Source: Octopus sinensis (Eukaryota). From it: DNA of 64,000 nt. The number at the start of each line of letters is the position of its first letter. Position 1 is the first letter of the stretch. This document shows, in pieces, positions 63,854 through 64,000 of the stretch. Location of the stretch: positions 96,100,001 to 96,164,000 of the forward strand of contig NC_043004.1 in the NCBI RefSeq assembly GCF_006345805.1. The letters run 5' to 3'. The translations under genes and the position numbers were made by a program. Under the pieces are notes generated by a model that made no database searches, had not been told where the DNA came from, and saw only the letters and a program-made list of their open reading frames with translations.

Positions 63854-64000
<147 letters not shown>

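Overview
AT-rich, microsatellite-saturated eukaryotic DNA. The SINE repertoire and repeat landscape look like an octopus or other coleoid cephalopod intron/intergenic region; this is an inference, not verified. I found no confidently identifiable host protein-coding gene, and most ORF-track entries are (TA)n/(TG)n/(TAA)n/(CAT)n artefacts. The window is a layered transposable-element graveyard. It holds a decayed Ty3/Gypsy element (LTR, PBS, gag, protease, RT, RNase H; ~7760-13931, minus) carrying nested RTE, SINE and two (TAA)n-embedded R4/Dong-like LINE copies. It also holds two CR1-like LINE 3' ends, several Penelope-like element (PLE) remnants, two mariner relics plus a mariner MITE, a pogo-like relic, TTAA-flanked MITEs, three non-autonomous Helitrons and at least four SINE families. 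The most striking signal, found by reading the sequence, is about 16 minimal type I hammerhead-ribozyme (HHR) motifs from several unrelated sequence families. They have palindromic helix-III loops, and some carry core variants (U3-A8 covariation, U at position 6). Many sit in long inverted-repeat or fold-back cassettes at (TA)n tracts, consistent with a diverse PLE/retrozyme system.
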